DNA of 35,746 nt from Candidatus Nanohalobium sp. GTDB taxonomy: Archaea; Nanohalarchaeota; Nanosalinia; Nanosalinales; Nanosalinaceae. A program made the position numbers and the translations under genes. The notes beneath the pieces were generated by a model that was not told where the DNA came from, ran no database searches, and saw only the letters and a program-made list of their open reading frames with translations. This document shows positions 8,851-16,866 of this stretch, one piece after another. How positions within the stretch are numbered: the first letter of the stretch is position 1; each line of letters opens with the position of its first letter. The stretch covers positions 246 to 35,991 of the forward strand of contig JBDGTY010000043.1 in assembly GCA_042216335.1 (NCBI GenBank), given 5' to 3'.

Positions 8851-9462
8851 TCAGAGCACCGACAGGATCATCGCGATGATGGTCGTGCCCATGAAGATCA
8901 GCCACATGAAGCCGGTCCACATGATGATGTACGCGCCGTCAAGTTGTCCACACAAGGGCTTCTCTTCGTCAAGAGGCAGCAACTGGAAGAACGTGAATAA
9001 TGCAGTAAGTTCGGCCAGGTTCTGGAAACCCAGAGAGTAGACTGTGAACCAGCCTAGAAGCAGTGTCGTTATTCCTGAGGCTGCCAGCCAGTACTCCCTC
9101 TTCGCCCAGATCGCATCGATACCTTTACCCCAGTGCTCATACCTCTTATTTGAGTATTCGGAGAAAACAGGTACGAGGAACGCAAGATTGAAGACCGAGA
9201 CGTAAGAAAACGCAGCGACCAGTATAGTCGCCACTGCTCCCTCCCGCGATAGCTCGGAACTTACGTCGGCCTCCATCCAGTGCGCAACCACTCTCTGACC
9301 CAGTTCACGGAAGAAAAGCGTGATCAAACCGAACAGTATGAATACTGCGAATGTTTTCGGCGCCGTAACCTGCTTATACGCGGAGAAAGCCGCCCCGACC
9401 GTGACACCTCCGATCAGGAAGTTCTGGATATCCTCTTTCCCGGGACGCAGCGCCTCGACCAT
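8851..9462 (-). CDS. Site-2 protease (M50)-like membrane protein with degenerate active site
   Basis: FFRELGQRVVAHW where HExxH is expected; FFQLLP...LDG matches the NLLP..LDG motif; multi-TM. Likely start MVEAL at 9462. Confidence 0.6.
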   Translation of the reverse strand: MVEALRPGKEDIQNFLIGGVTVGAAFSAYKQVTAPKTFAVFILFGLITLFFRELGQRVVAHWMEADVSSELSREGAVATILVAAFSYVSVFNLAFLVPVFSEYSNKRYEHWGKGIDAIWAKREYWLAASGITTLLLGWFTVYSLGFQNLAELTALFTFFQLLPLDEEKPLCGQLDGAYIIMWTGFMWLIFMGTTIIAMILSVL

Positions 9463-9493
9463 AAGGGAAAATAGCAACTCCCGGATTAAAAGA

Positions 9494-9973
9494 CTATGTA
9501 AACATCTCCATCATGTTCTCCGTAAGATCGTAGTCCTCGGAATCACGGAATATCTCCGGAAAATCCCTGATCTCATCCAGGTGCATACCGGTCTCACCCT
9601 GCTCATAACACTCTCTCAGGGCTGTCCACGGCACCATGTACGCCTTCCGGGCCTTGCCTCGTCCCCGCTTGAACTCGACGGCCAGAAAGCCCTTTCTCCC
9701 GCTTCTATCGATGAAGTCGGAGATACGCTCCACCTGATGGCCTCCGTTGCTCGTCGAGAAATGCTGTGAGAAGTACAGCTTGTTCGTTGAATCAGTCTTC
9801 ACCGACTTGTTCTCGATCGCCAGGTAGAACGTCTCATGCGGCGAATCAACCAGGACATCACATAACTGAGAGGAGAAGCGATGCTGCTTCTTCCTGTGCG
9901 CGATACCCTCGATCCCCTCCTCTTCGAAGAAATCGTTGAACGAATTGACTAGTGCGCGTTCGAAGTCTGTCAT
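9494..9973 (-). CDS. PD-(D/E)xK nuclease, Holliday-junction resolvase/RecU-like
   Basis: N-terminal FERAL helix, CDVLVD...AIENKS catalytic motif, and HQVERI segment resembling the RecU HQ motif. Confidence 0.65.
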   Translation of the reverse strand: MTDFERALVNSFNDFFEEEGIEGIAHRKKQHRFSSQLCDVLVDSPHETFYLAIENKSVKTDSTNKLYFSQHFSTSNGGHQVERISDFIDRSGRKGFLAVEFKRGRGKARKAYMVPWTALRECYEQGETGMHLDEIRDFPEIFRDSEDYDLTENMMEMFT

Positions 9974-10032
9974 GGTTTTTTCTTGGGATAGCAGAAATAA
10001 AAATTGTTAAGCGCCGAGAAGCAAACCGAAAT

Positions 10033-10134
10033 ATGAGCCTGGAAAAGATGAAGAAAGATGTCAAATCCTTCGCGAAGCGCTTGCTGGAGCTAGTGCCAGA
10101 GCCATTGATCGAAATTATGGGAGATATTTTCTAG
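10033..10134 (+). CDS. Possible 33-aa amphipathic peptide
   Basis: MSLEKMKKDVKSFAKRLLELVPEPLIEIMGDIF fills the gap between two genes; TTGTTAAG lies about 25 nt upstream. Confidence 0.35.
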   Translation: MSLEKMKKDVKSFAKRLLELVPEPLIEIMGDIF

Positions 10135-10877
10135 AAACTATCCAGACCCTTCTGGTCCGGCCGTTTCAGTGTCTTGCCGGAAGTCATCGCCATCGCCACC
10201 CTGCCATTCGAAACTATCTGACCCTTCACCGATTTTATCTCTCCTTCCAGCAACCCTTTTCTCCTGAAATCCCCTTCGATCCCGGGATAGACCGTCAGAC
10301 TCTGGACGTCAACTATTTCGGAATCGAAATCTTTCTCTTCCAGGATATCCCTCAGTTTTGACGGATTTTGGGGTGGAGATGTCTTGTACTCTTTTCTTAT
10401 CCTCTGTGTGATTTCTCCATCTGTCAACTCGTCTTCCTTCTCCAGTGCCTCGTTCGAGGTTACCCCGGAGAGTATCTCTGCCCCGTAGTCGGCTCCCTGT
10501 TCGATCCATCTGCGGGGGATCTTCTCCTTCCTTGTTACTCCGACTTTGACCTCTTCTCCAATCTGGGCGAGATAGACCGAAAACTCTCCGTCGAGGTCGT
10601 TTTCCTCGCCGCGGACGTAGCCGGAGTAAATGTCTTTTCCCCGGCACTCCGGACACTGCGATCCCGAGGAAATCTTCCTGAACCCGGGGCACGGCGCTCT
10701 TTCCCCCTTGCCTGGTGCGTAACCTGTGCACCGTCTCTCGTCAGTTATCTCCGCCGATATGCTTCTTCCCGGTTCCAGGCCTCTCTTCTCGAATCCGTTT
10801 TCAGTTGCGAGGAAGAGTTTGGCCTTCCAGCCTTCACTCTGCTGCCGCCACTGCACCTTGACTATCGACTTCATCAA
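10131..10877 (-). CDS. DUF2797 family Zn-binding protein
   Basis: CTG..CP..QCPEC cluster; VYLA..VKVGVTR...RWIEQGAD motif. Confidence 0.8.
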   Translation of the reverse strand: MMKSIVKVQWRQQSEGWKAKLFLATENGFEKRGLEPGRSISAEITDERRCTGYAPGKGERAPCPGFRKISSGSQCPECRGKDIYSGYVRGEENDLDGEFSVYLAQIGEEVKVGVTRKEKIPRRWIEQGADYGAEILSGVTSNEALEKEDELTDGEITQRIRKEYKTSPPQNPSKLRDILEEKDFDSEIVDVQSLTVYPGIEGDFRRKGLLEGEIKSVKGQIVSNGRVAMAMTSGKTLKRPDQKGLDSF

Positions 10878-11469
10878 GCATCCTCCTCACCGGTTTGACG
10901 TGGGCTGCACCCAGGAAAGCCACCACGTCGCCCTCGTTCTCCTCATCTACTTTCTGCAGCGCCTCCACTATATACCTGTTTCTCTCCTCCATCAGGACGC
11001 GGTAGATACCAGGGAATTCCTGCCTGAGTTCCTCGACAAGCTCGTCTATGACGTCATCTTCCGGGATACTGGATATGTCGAACCTCTCACCACCCAGGAA
11101 GCCCAGAACTATCGAGAAGGCGGCCTTCACCTTTTCCTTCCTCCTGACATCTTTCAGCCGCTGCATCGTAACTCTGATATCCTGGTCGACCAGCGCCACC
11201 TCCCTTTCCTGTTCCATCGATGCCTCGAATGCGTACTTCATCTCATCGCCCGGCATAACACCTGTTTTGGATCCGATGCTCTGCTGGAAGTGCCTGATGA
11301 GGCGCGGGAATAACCCTCCAGCTGCTTCATCCTCATCGTTCATAAGTGAGTTGAGTCTCGGATAGTCTAGTTCCAGTGCCACGACTTCCGGGTCATGCTC
11401 CTCAAGCGCCTCGTCTACCACGTTGAAGCTGTCTTCTGATACGTGGGAGGTTCCGTAGAGGTGTATCAA
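10834..11469 (-). CDS. TraB/GumN family protein
   Basis: GTSHVS, VALELD, PGDEM, LVDQDI, ERN and LGAAH motifs. Confidence 0.9.
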   Translation of the reverse strand: MIHLYGTSHVSEDSFNVVDEALEEHDPEVVALELDYPRLNSLMNDEDEAAGGLFPRLIRHFQQSIGSKTGVMPGDEMKYAFEASMEQEREVALVDQDIRVTMQRLKDVRRKEKVKAAFSIVLGFLGGERFDISSIPEDDVIDELVEELRQEFPGIYRVLMEERNRYIVEALQKVDEENEGDVVAFLGAAHVKPVRRMLDEVDSQGAVAAAE

Positions 11470-11533
11470 GACGGGATCACAGTTACATTTATGCTCCTAA
11501 ACGTTGTAAATCAAGGGTTGAAAACTATTTCTC

Positions 11534-12004
11534 ATGCTGGCACGGCATCCTTTGATCACCGAACCTATGCTGGCAGTAACGATGCTGGGAAGCCTAACAT
11601 TCGCGGTGATAACCGTCACAGCCCTCTACTCAGCCAGGAAAAAAGAGCTGGCCGGAGAAACCTTGTTAGGGCTTCTGATCGCGAACTCCATAGTTTATAT
11701 CTCCAAGGTTCTGGTATCAAGGCCGAGACCGGAACACATACTGCCGGAAGTAGCCAGATACTCGACAACATCCTCCTTCCCGTCAGGCCACACAGCCACG
11801 GCCTTCCTCCTCGCAGGAAGCCTCAGCAGCCAGATAAGCAGAAGAACAGCTTACACCATGGCCTCTCTAGTCGGGATTTCCCGGATCTACCTTGGAGCAC
11901 ACTTTCCCTCAGATGTAGTAGCTGGAGCAGCGATAGGAATTCTCACAGGAAGGCTAGTGGATTACCGGAAACTATTTGAGACGATCTCCTCTACTTCCTC
12001 CTGA
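11534..12004 (+). CDS. PAP2 family membrane phosphatase
   Basis: KVLVSRPRP, SFPSGH and SRIYLGAHFPSDV motifs. Confidence 0.9.
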   Translation: MLARHPLITEPMLAVTMLGSLTFAVITVTALYSARKKELAGETLLGLLIANSIVYISKVLVSRPRPEHILPEVARYSTTSSFPSGHTATAFLLAGSLSSQISRRTAYTMASLVGISRIYLGAHFPSDVVAGAAIGILTGRLVDYRKLFETISSTSS

Positions 12005-12792
12005 AGAACGCCGTTTGAAGACACCACTTCAGTACTGTCGGGGAACTTCGAATCACGGACCCTGACCTCTCCACCAGCTTCCTCAATAATTAGTTTGGCC
12101 GCGGCCCAGTCCCACTCCGTCACAATAGCATTTACTGCAAAATCAGCTTCTCCAGCCGCGACCCTGCACATCTCCAGCGCACAGCTACCGAGCTGTCGAT
12201 GAACTGCATCCCTCCTGGCCAGCTCTTCAAGTATATCCATCTCGGCCTCAAGCTCTCCCTCGTAGATATCGAACAACGTCAGGAAGAACAGAGAATCCTC
12301 GATACTGTCGTGGCTGCTGACCGTGATTGCTCCAGCATCAGACAGTTTTCCCGAATCAAGAGCATAGGCCCCGGCATCCTTCAAAGCAAAGTAACTCCTA
12401 TCAAGAGAAAATTCCGGAGAGTAGACAAGGCCGACAACTACTTCCCCGTCAACCTTCAACGCGATGGAAACACAGTAATGGCTGAAACCGTGGTCAAAGT
12501 TGAACGTGCCGTCTACCGGGTCAATCACCCAGACACGGTCCTCGCCATCGGGCCTCAAGTTCTGCTCCTCTCCCAGGAAACCGTCATCCGGAAACTCTTC
12601 CGAGATAATTTCAACGATCTTTTCCTGCGACCTTCTGTCCGCCTCAGTCACCTTGCTGCCATCCTCTTTACTGCCGGTTTCAAAGCCGTTCTCCGCATAG
12701 TCTTCGATCATATCTCCGGCATCTTCCGCGGCCCTGAAAGCAGTTCTGAGTTCACGCAAGTACTCCGAGCCTTCGAATTTAGCCACTGACAT
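11962..12792 (-). CDS. Inositol monophosphatase family protein
   Basis: VTEAD, GEE, WVIDPVDGT and WDWAAAKLIIEEAGG motifs. Likely start MSVAK at 12792; the ORF extension upstream overlaps the SRP RNA. Confidence 0.9.
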   Translation of the reverse strand: MSVAKFEGSEYLRELRTAFRAAEDAGDMIEDYAENGFETGSKEDGSKVTEADRRSQEKIVEIISEEFPDDGFLGEEQNLRPDGEDRVWVIDPVDGTFNFDHGFSHYCVSIALKVDGEVVVGLVYSPEFSLDRSYFALKDAGAYALDSGKLSDAGAITVSSHDSIEDSLFFLTLFDIYEGELEAEMDILEELARRDAVHRQLGSCALEMCRVAAGEADFAVNAIVTEWDWAAAKLIIEEAGGEVRVRDSKFPDSTEVVSSNGVLQEEVEEIVSNSFR

Positions 12793-12827
12793 GAGAAAAA
12801 TTTCCGATTTTAGAAGTGTTAAAACCA

Positions 12828-13097
12828 GTGGGTTCCCGGAGGTGGACGGCTCTATAGGACTGCCCGGGCGCCGGTTTCGGATCCGCCACCCTCCAAACAT
12901 GCGACTGACTGCTTAGAGCTGCTCCCGTCAGGGCCTGACCCGGTTCACAGCCCGCCGCATCCTGGAGGACGGATCGTCAAACAACCAGACAACCCGGAGA
13001 CAGCGACCCCACAGAGACCGCCGCCCAACCGGTTGACGGCTCCAGCATAACGAGGAATTTTCCGGAAAGAGGCGACCCCAAACCGCCCAACCTACCC
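12828..13097 (-). ncRNA. ffs: Signal recognition particle (7S) RNA
   Basis: Minus strand reads GGGUAGGUUGGGCGGUUUGG..., an archaeal Alu-like 5' end. Helix 8 GUCAGG-CCC-UGAC-GGG-AGCAG is present, long helix 5 pairing is visible, and the 5' GGGU pairs with 3' ACCC followed by a T-run. Ends are approximate. Confidence 0.9.
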
Positions 13098-13123
13098 ATG
13101 TTCACGATAAGTGGTTGGAAAGG

Positions 13124-13130
13124 TTAAAAA
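13124..13130 (-). promoter_or_regulatory. TATA-like box for SRP RNA
   Basis: TTTTTAA about 27 nt upstream of the predicted 5' end. Confidence 0.5.
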
Positions 13131-13198
13131 CCGGATGGATAGAAACAACTGCCTTTACAAGACCGAGAAATATTAAAATTCAGCTCCAATTAATCAGT

Positions 13199-13441
13199 AT
13201 GGCTATCAGCTTGGACCTTCCAAGTGAGCTAAAAAATATTGAGGAGGTTGACAACGGCAGGTATAAGTCGAATTCAGAGTTTCTACGTGATGCTATCCGG
13301 TTGAAGCTTATCGAGTCGGACCTTGAACTCCGTGTAATCTCGGATAATACTAGAGAAAAATTGATGGAGCGTGTCAGTAAGGCCAAAGATTCCGAGAAGT
13401 ATACTGTAGAAGAAGCAAGGGAAGAACTAGGGCTGGAATAA
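13199..13441 (+). CDS. Ribbon-helix-helix (CopG/Arc/MetJ, ParD-like) protein
   Basis: ISLDLP...GRYKSNSEFLRDAIR plus the antitoxin-like tail YTVEEAREELGL. Confidence 0.75.
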   Translation: MAISLDLPSELKNIEEVDNGRYKSNSEFLRDAIRLKLIESDLELRVISDNTREKLMERVSKAKDSEKYTVEEAREELGLE

Positions 13442-13556
13442 ATTAAGGGAACGACAGATTTCTGATGCTGACTATAAAACCTCCAGTAATTCCTGCTATA
13501 AGAGGCCGATAATAGTCTGCAGCCGCTTTTGCCAGATTTTCCTTACCCATGGAAAA

Positions 13557-14363
13557 TCAAAGCTCTATCTCCATTCCTTTCTCGGCTACCTTGAATCCTC
13601 TTTCCTCTACTTCTTTTCTTTCTTCAGATTCTTCCCTTAGTGCCGGGTTGGTGTGGTTGAGGTGTGTGAAGATTATTTCTGTATCGTAGTCCTCCATCAT
13701 GTCCATACTTTGTTTGATTGGCGGGTGTGGAACTTCTTCGAAGCGGTCAATCTCGTCCCGGGTCCAGAAGCATCCGTCCACTATGGCTATATCCGCTTCT
13801 CTGACGGATTTCAGAGCATCTTCGTTCCATTTGTCGAGGTCCGACACATAGTAGAGTTTCTTGTCTTCCCCGTGAATCATGAACGAGTATGCGTCAGCGT
13901 AGTCCCCTCTGTGGACTACTTCTCTTGTCTCAACGCTGCCACCCTGTAATTCCACCTTCTCCTTCCGTTCGACTACGTTAACTACTATGTTTTCCCTGTC
14001 GATCAGAAGTCTGTATGGATCGTTTTTCATCATGAAATTCTCTATGCCTTCAGAGCAGTAGACTGGCACTCCATCAGCTTCCATGGAGGATTCTCCCAAA
14101 TAAATCAGCCCTGTGATATCCCCAAGGTGGTTGTCAGCCACAAATATTCCATCCAGAAAGTCCCCAATAATTTGTTCTCTTATATCCGGACTCGGGCCTA
14201 TAAGGTACCTTGCCGAATTATCATCTTCACCATCCTTCAACATCATAGAATGAACATATTTCTTTCTTTCAGGGTTATTTCTCGCTGATTCACACAGATC
14301 ACACTCACATCCTAGGTGCGGTACCCCACCGTCTTGGACGCTTCCAAGTATCTCGGCTTTCAA
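13557..14363 (-). CDS. PqqB-like metallo-beta-lactamase-fold protein
   Basis: LGSVQDGGVPHLGCECDLC, AIVDG, EVPHP and FTHLNHTNP motifs; TTG start. Confidence 0.85.
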   Translation of the reverse strand: MKAEILGSVQDGGVPHLGCECDLCESARNNPERKKYVHSMMLKDGEDDNSARYLIGPSPDIREQIIGDFLDGIFVADNHLGDITGLIYLGESSMEADGVPVYCSEGIENFMMKNDPYRLLIDRENIVVNVVERKEKVELQGGSVETREVVHRGDYADAYSFMIHGEDKKLYYVSDLDKWNEDALKSVREADIAIVDGCFWTRDEIDRFEEVPHPPIKQSMDMMEDYDTEIIFTHLNHTNPALREESEERKEVEERGFKVAEKGMEIEL

Positions 14364-14473
14364 AATAAGATCCCCTTTAAGCCGTTAACGCTGATTCAAT
14401 AATTTAAACCTCCGCCTTTATCCATGACGAGTGTTTAAAACTTCAGTGCTCAAAACGTTTCTTACAGGTCTTC

Positions 14474-14596
14474 GCCGGAGTGGCAGAGGAGTTATGCGTC
14501 CGCCTGCAGTCGCAGATCGCAGATTTGCTGGCTACAAGAAAATCTCCGATTTTCGGCATTAAGCGGATTACCAGGGTGCAAATCCCTGCTCCGGCT
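14474..14596 (+). tRNA. tRNA-Cys(GCA) with 52-nt intron at 37/38 (14510-14561)
   Basis: Acceptor GCCGGAG/CTCCGGC with U73 discriminator; anticodon stem TCCGC/GCGGA; loop CT-GCA-G|A; T arm CAGGG-TGCAAAT-CCCTG; T-run downstream. Confidence 0.92.
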
Positions 14597-14608
14597 TTTC
14601 TGAATCAG

Positions 14609-15565
14609 TTACAGTATGTTGTGGATTGTATTGTTGTGAATCTGTTGGGCTGTAAAGAAGATGCCGTTGCCATCCTTTGACTCGAATATTTTCTTGAATC
14701 TCTTTTTGCCAAATATGCCTAGTCCGACTATGACATCATCTCTTAGTATAGTTTCTGGTAAATTGAATTTTTCTATATTCTCATTTTCAACCACTGAATC
14801 AATCTCGTCCTGTCTTAAACGCAAGGTATCTGAGTCTATGAAAATCGCTTCTTTATCCCCCATATCAAGCTTGAGTAGATCATCATACGAATCGCTTAGA
14901 GTATCAAAAACGTTCTCTGGCTCTACATCAGATAAGGCGAGGTTTGTTCTGACATCTTCGAGCATCGACCGGTATTTTTCAGGTCCTATGTCGAAGTTTT
15001 TCATCTCTTTTTCGATATCTCCGGCGTAGTAGAAATCGTAGAGCTCCTGTGTAGAGGGTTGAACCTGTTTCAGTGCGTTATCTATGAGTTCTATTCTCTG
15101 TGTTTCACGGCCTCCCTGATAGTTTTTCCAACCTTGCTCTGATGTTCTTCTTCCCTTGAGTTGGCCCGTTTCTTTGTCGTACTTGAGTTGTGCCACTTCT
15201 CTTTCCTGATATCCTACTTCGCCTAGAAGGAGCACCCTTTCGTCATCCGAGTGAATGATACGGTAGCGTCTTTTCTCCTCGCCATCCTGGAAGCTCAGCT
15301 TGAAATCTAGGCTCTCCGGGTTCATGAAAACGGACTCGACTTCCAGTTCTTCACTGCCTTTAACAGCCTCATATCCTTCATCGGAACAGTCCTCAAATCT
15401 GTAGTAATTTCCCTGCCTCCTTCTGGTATTCTTCCTGTCTTTCTCAAGTCTCAATGGATAGTCTGGATTTAAGCTCCAGCTCACAGAATCATTCAGTATC
15501 TCCTCACCGGATTCTTCGATGCCAAAATGCTTAAGTACAGATTCCCTACCAGGACTAGTCCCCAC
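14609..15565 (-). CDS. Hypothetical protein
   Basis: 318-aa acidic ORF, more AT-rich than its neighbours; no recognised motif; start uncertain. Confidence 0.6.
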   Translation of the reverse strand: MGTSPGRESVLKHFGIEESGEEILNDSVSWSLNPDYPLRLEKDRKNTRRRQGNYYRFEDCSDEGYEAVKGSEELEVESVFMNPESLDFKLSFQDGEEKRRYRIIHSDDERVLLLGEVGYQEREVAQLKYDKETGQLKGRRTSEQGWKNYQGGRETQRIELIDNALKQVQPSTQELYDFYYAGDIEKEMKNFDIGPEKYRSMLEDVRTNLALSDVEPENVFDTLSDSYDDLLKLDMGDKEAIFIDSDTLRLRQDEIDSVVENENIEKFNLPETILRDDVIVGLGIFGKKRFKKIFESKDGNGIFFTAQQIHNNTIHNIL

Positions 15566-15661
15566 ATCCTTTGTAACCAGAAGATAACATTAAAATATTG
15601 CGGTGAATGGCAACATTCGGTAGAAGTTAAAGGATTTCAAATCTTATGGGTTACTACACTC

Positions 15662-16453
15662 ATGGATTCCTCGGATACGTTCGATGTCGTCCAGACAGTG
15701 GTCAGGTCAGGTGGAGAGTACCTGCTGGCGAAGCGTTCAGAAGATAATTTCTGGGAGTTTATGGGCGGCAAGGTGAAAGAGGAGGAAGACCTGAAGCAGG
15801 CAGCTATCCGGGAGCTGAACGAGGAGACGGATCTGGAACTTTCGCAGGAAGAACTTCATGACTTCCGGAAAGGAGATTCATACCGTTCTGAGGACGATGA
15901 CCGTTTCCGGCTTAACCCGGTTTTCTTCGAGGTTTCGGAGAAAAAGAAAAGGGAGATGTCACCGGAAGGACTCTCGGAGGAGCACACCGATTTCGAGTGG
16001 ATAGAGTTGACGGAGTTCGACAGATATGATACATTGGGCCAGTACCCTGCGCTGGAGCATCTTGACGTTGTGAATGGCAGAGTGGCGCTGGCTCTGGTAG
16101 AAAAGGATGGAGAGTTTCTCGTGGTGAAGAGAAGCGAGGAAAACTCGACGCCGGGAAAATGGAGCACCGTATCGGGAGGTATCGAACCAGGAGAAACTCC
16201 TGAGGATGCGGCGAAGAGAGAACTGAGAGAAGAGACAGGTATGGAGGCAGAAGTAGTGGAAAAAGGAGGATACTACATCGGTGAAGGCGAGCAGGGGACC
16301 TGGCGGCTGGAACCAGTACTGATGGAGTACAAGTCAGGAGAAATCGATCTGAACTGGGAGCTTTCCAGGTACCGCTGGGTTGAACCCGGAGAAGTCGAAA
16401 ACCTTGACACTCTTGGAAAGCTGAAAGGATTCGATAAACTGGGGCTGAGATAG
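15662..16453 (+). CDS. Double-domain Nudix hydrolase
   Basis: Two Nudix boxes: [24 protein letters not shown] and [23 protein letters not shown]. Likely start MDSSD. Confidence 0.9.
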   Translation: MDSSDTFDVVQTVVRSGGEYLLAKRSEDNFWEFMGGKVKEEEDLKQAAIRELNEETDLELSQEELHDFRKGDSYRSEDDDRFRLNPVFFEVSEKKKREMSPEGLSEEHTDFEWIELTEFDRYDTLGQYPALEHLDVVNGRVALALVEKDGEFLVVKRSEENSTPGKWSTVSGGIEPGETPEDAAKRELREETGMEAEVVEKGGYYIGEGEQGTWRLEPVLMEYKSGEIDLNWELSRYRWVEPGEVENLDTLGKLKGFDKLGLR

Positions 16454-16454
16454 G

Positions 16455-16865
16455 ATGGATTTCAAGAAGAAGAAGGATTCGGGCGAGGTTGCGGCCGCAG
16501 TAGTGTATAACCCCGAAATCCAGAAGTTTTTGCTGGTGAAGAGGGCGGGGGAACGGGAGCGCTTCCCGGGGCACTGGGAGTTCCCATCCGGTTTCTTGGA
16601 GGATGGTGAAGACCCGGAGGACGCCGCACTGAGAGAGCTTGACGAGGAAACCGGTTTGAAGGGCGAGGTTGTCAGGAAGGGCGAAAGTTTCCCGATACAG
16701 ATCCCTCATGTCCACGTCCATCCTGTACTTGTGAGGGTCGACGGAGAAGACGTCAAGCTTTCTCGTGAGCACTCCGAGTACCGGTGGGTGGAGAGAAGTG
16801 ATCTGGACGTACTGAAGACGGTTCCGAAGCTGAAGCAGGATCTGGAGAAGGTCGGGGTGAAGTGA
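16455..16865 (+). CDS. Nudix hydrolase
   Basis: [38 protein letters not shown]. Confidence 0.9.
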   Translation: MDFKKKKDSGEVAAAVVYNPEIQKFLLVKRAGERERFPGHWEFPSGFLEDGEDPEDAALRELDEETGLKGEVVRKGESFPIQIPHVHVHPVLVRVDGEDVKLSREHSEYRWVERSDLDVLKTVPKLKQDLEKVGVK

Positions 16866-16866
16866 C

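Noticed and set aside
8816-8920. His-rich N-terminal extension (MDRLHVADLHGHDHHRDD) of the ATPase ORF
   Set aside because: It overlaps the 3' end of the upstream membrane gene in another frame; MPKIVVG at 8815 is the more plausible start.
12793-12900. N-terminal extension of the IMPase ORF
   Set aside because: It runs through the SRP RNA gene and its terminator.
13557-14363. PQQ biosynthesis cluster
   Set aside because: No pqqA/C/D/E-like genes nearby; only the MBL-fold homolog is present.
14480-14680. 66-aa ORF over the tRNA
   Set aside because: It lies on tRNA-Cys and its intron, so it is spurious.
14560-16000. Integrated element with att sites at tRNA-Cys
   Set aside because: No repeat of the tRNA 3' end and no integrase were seen in the window.
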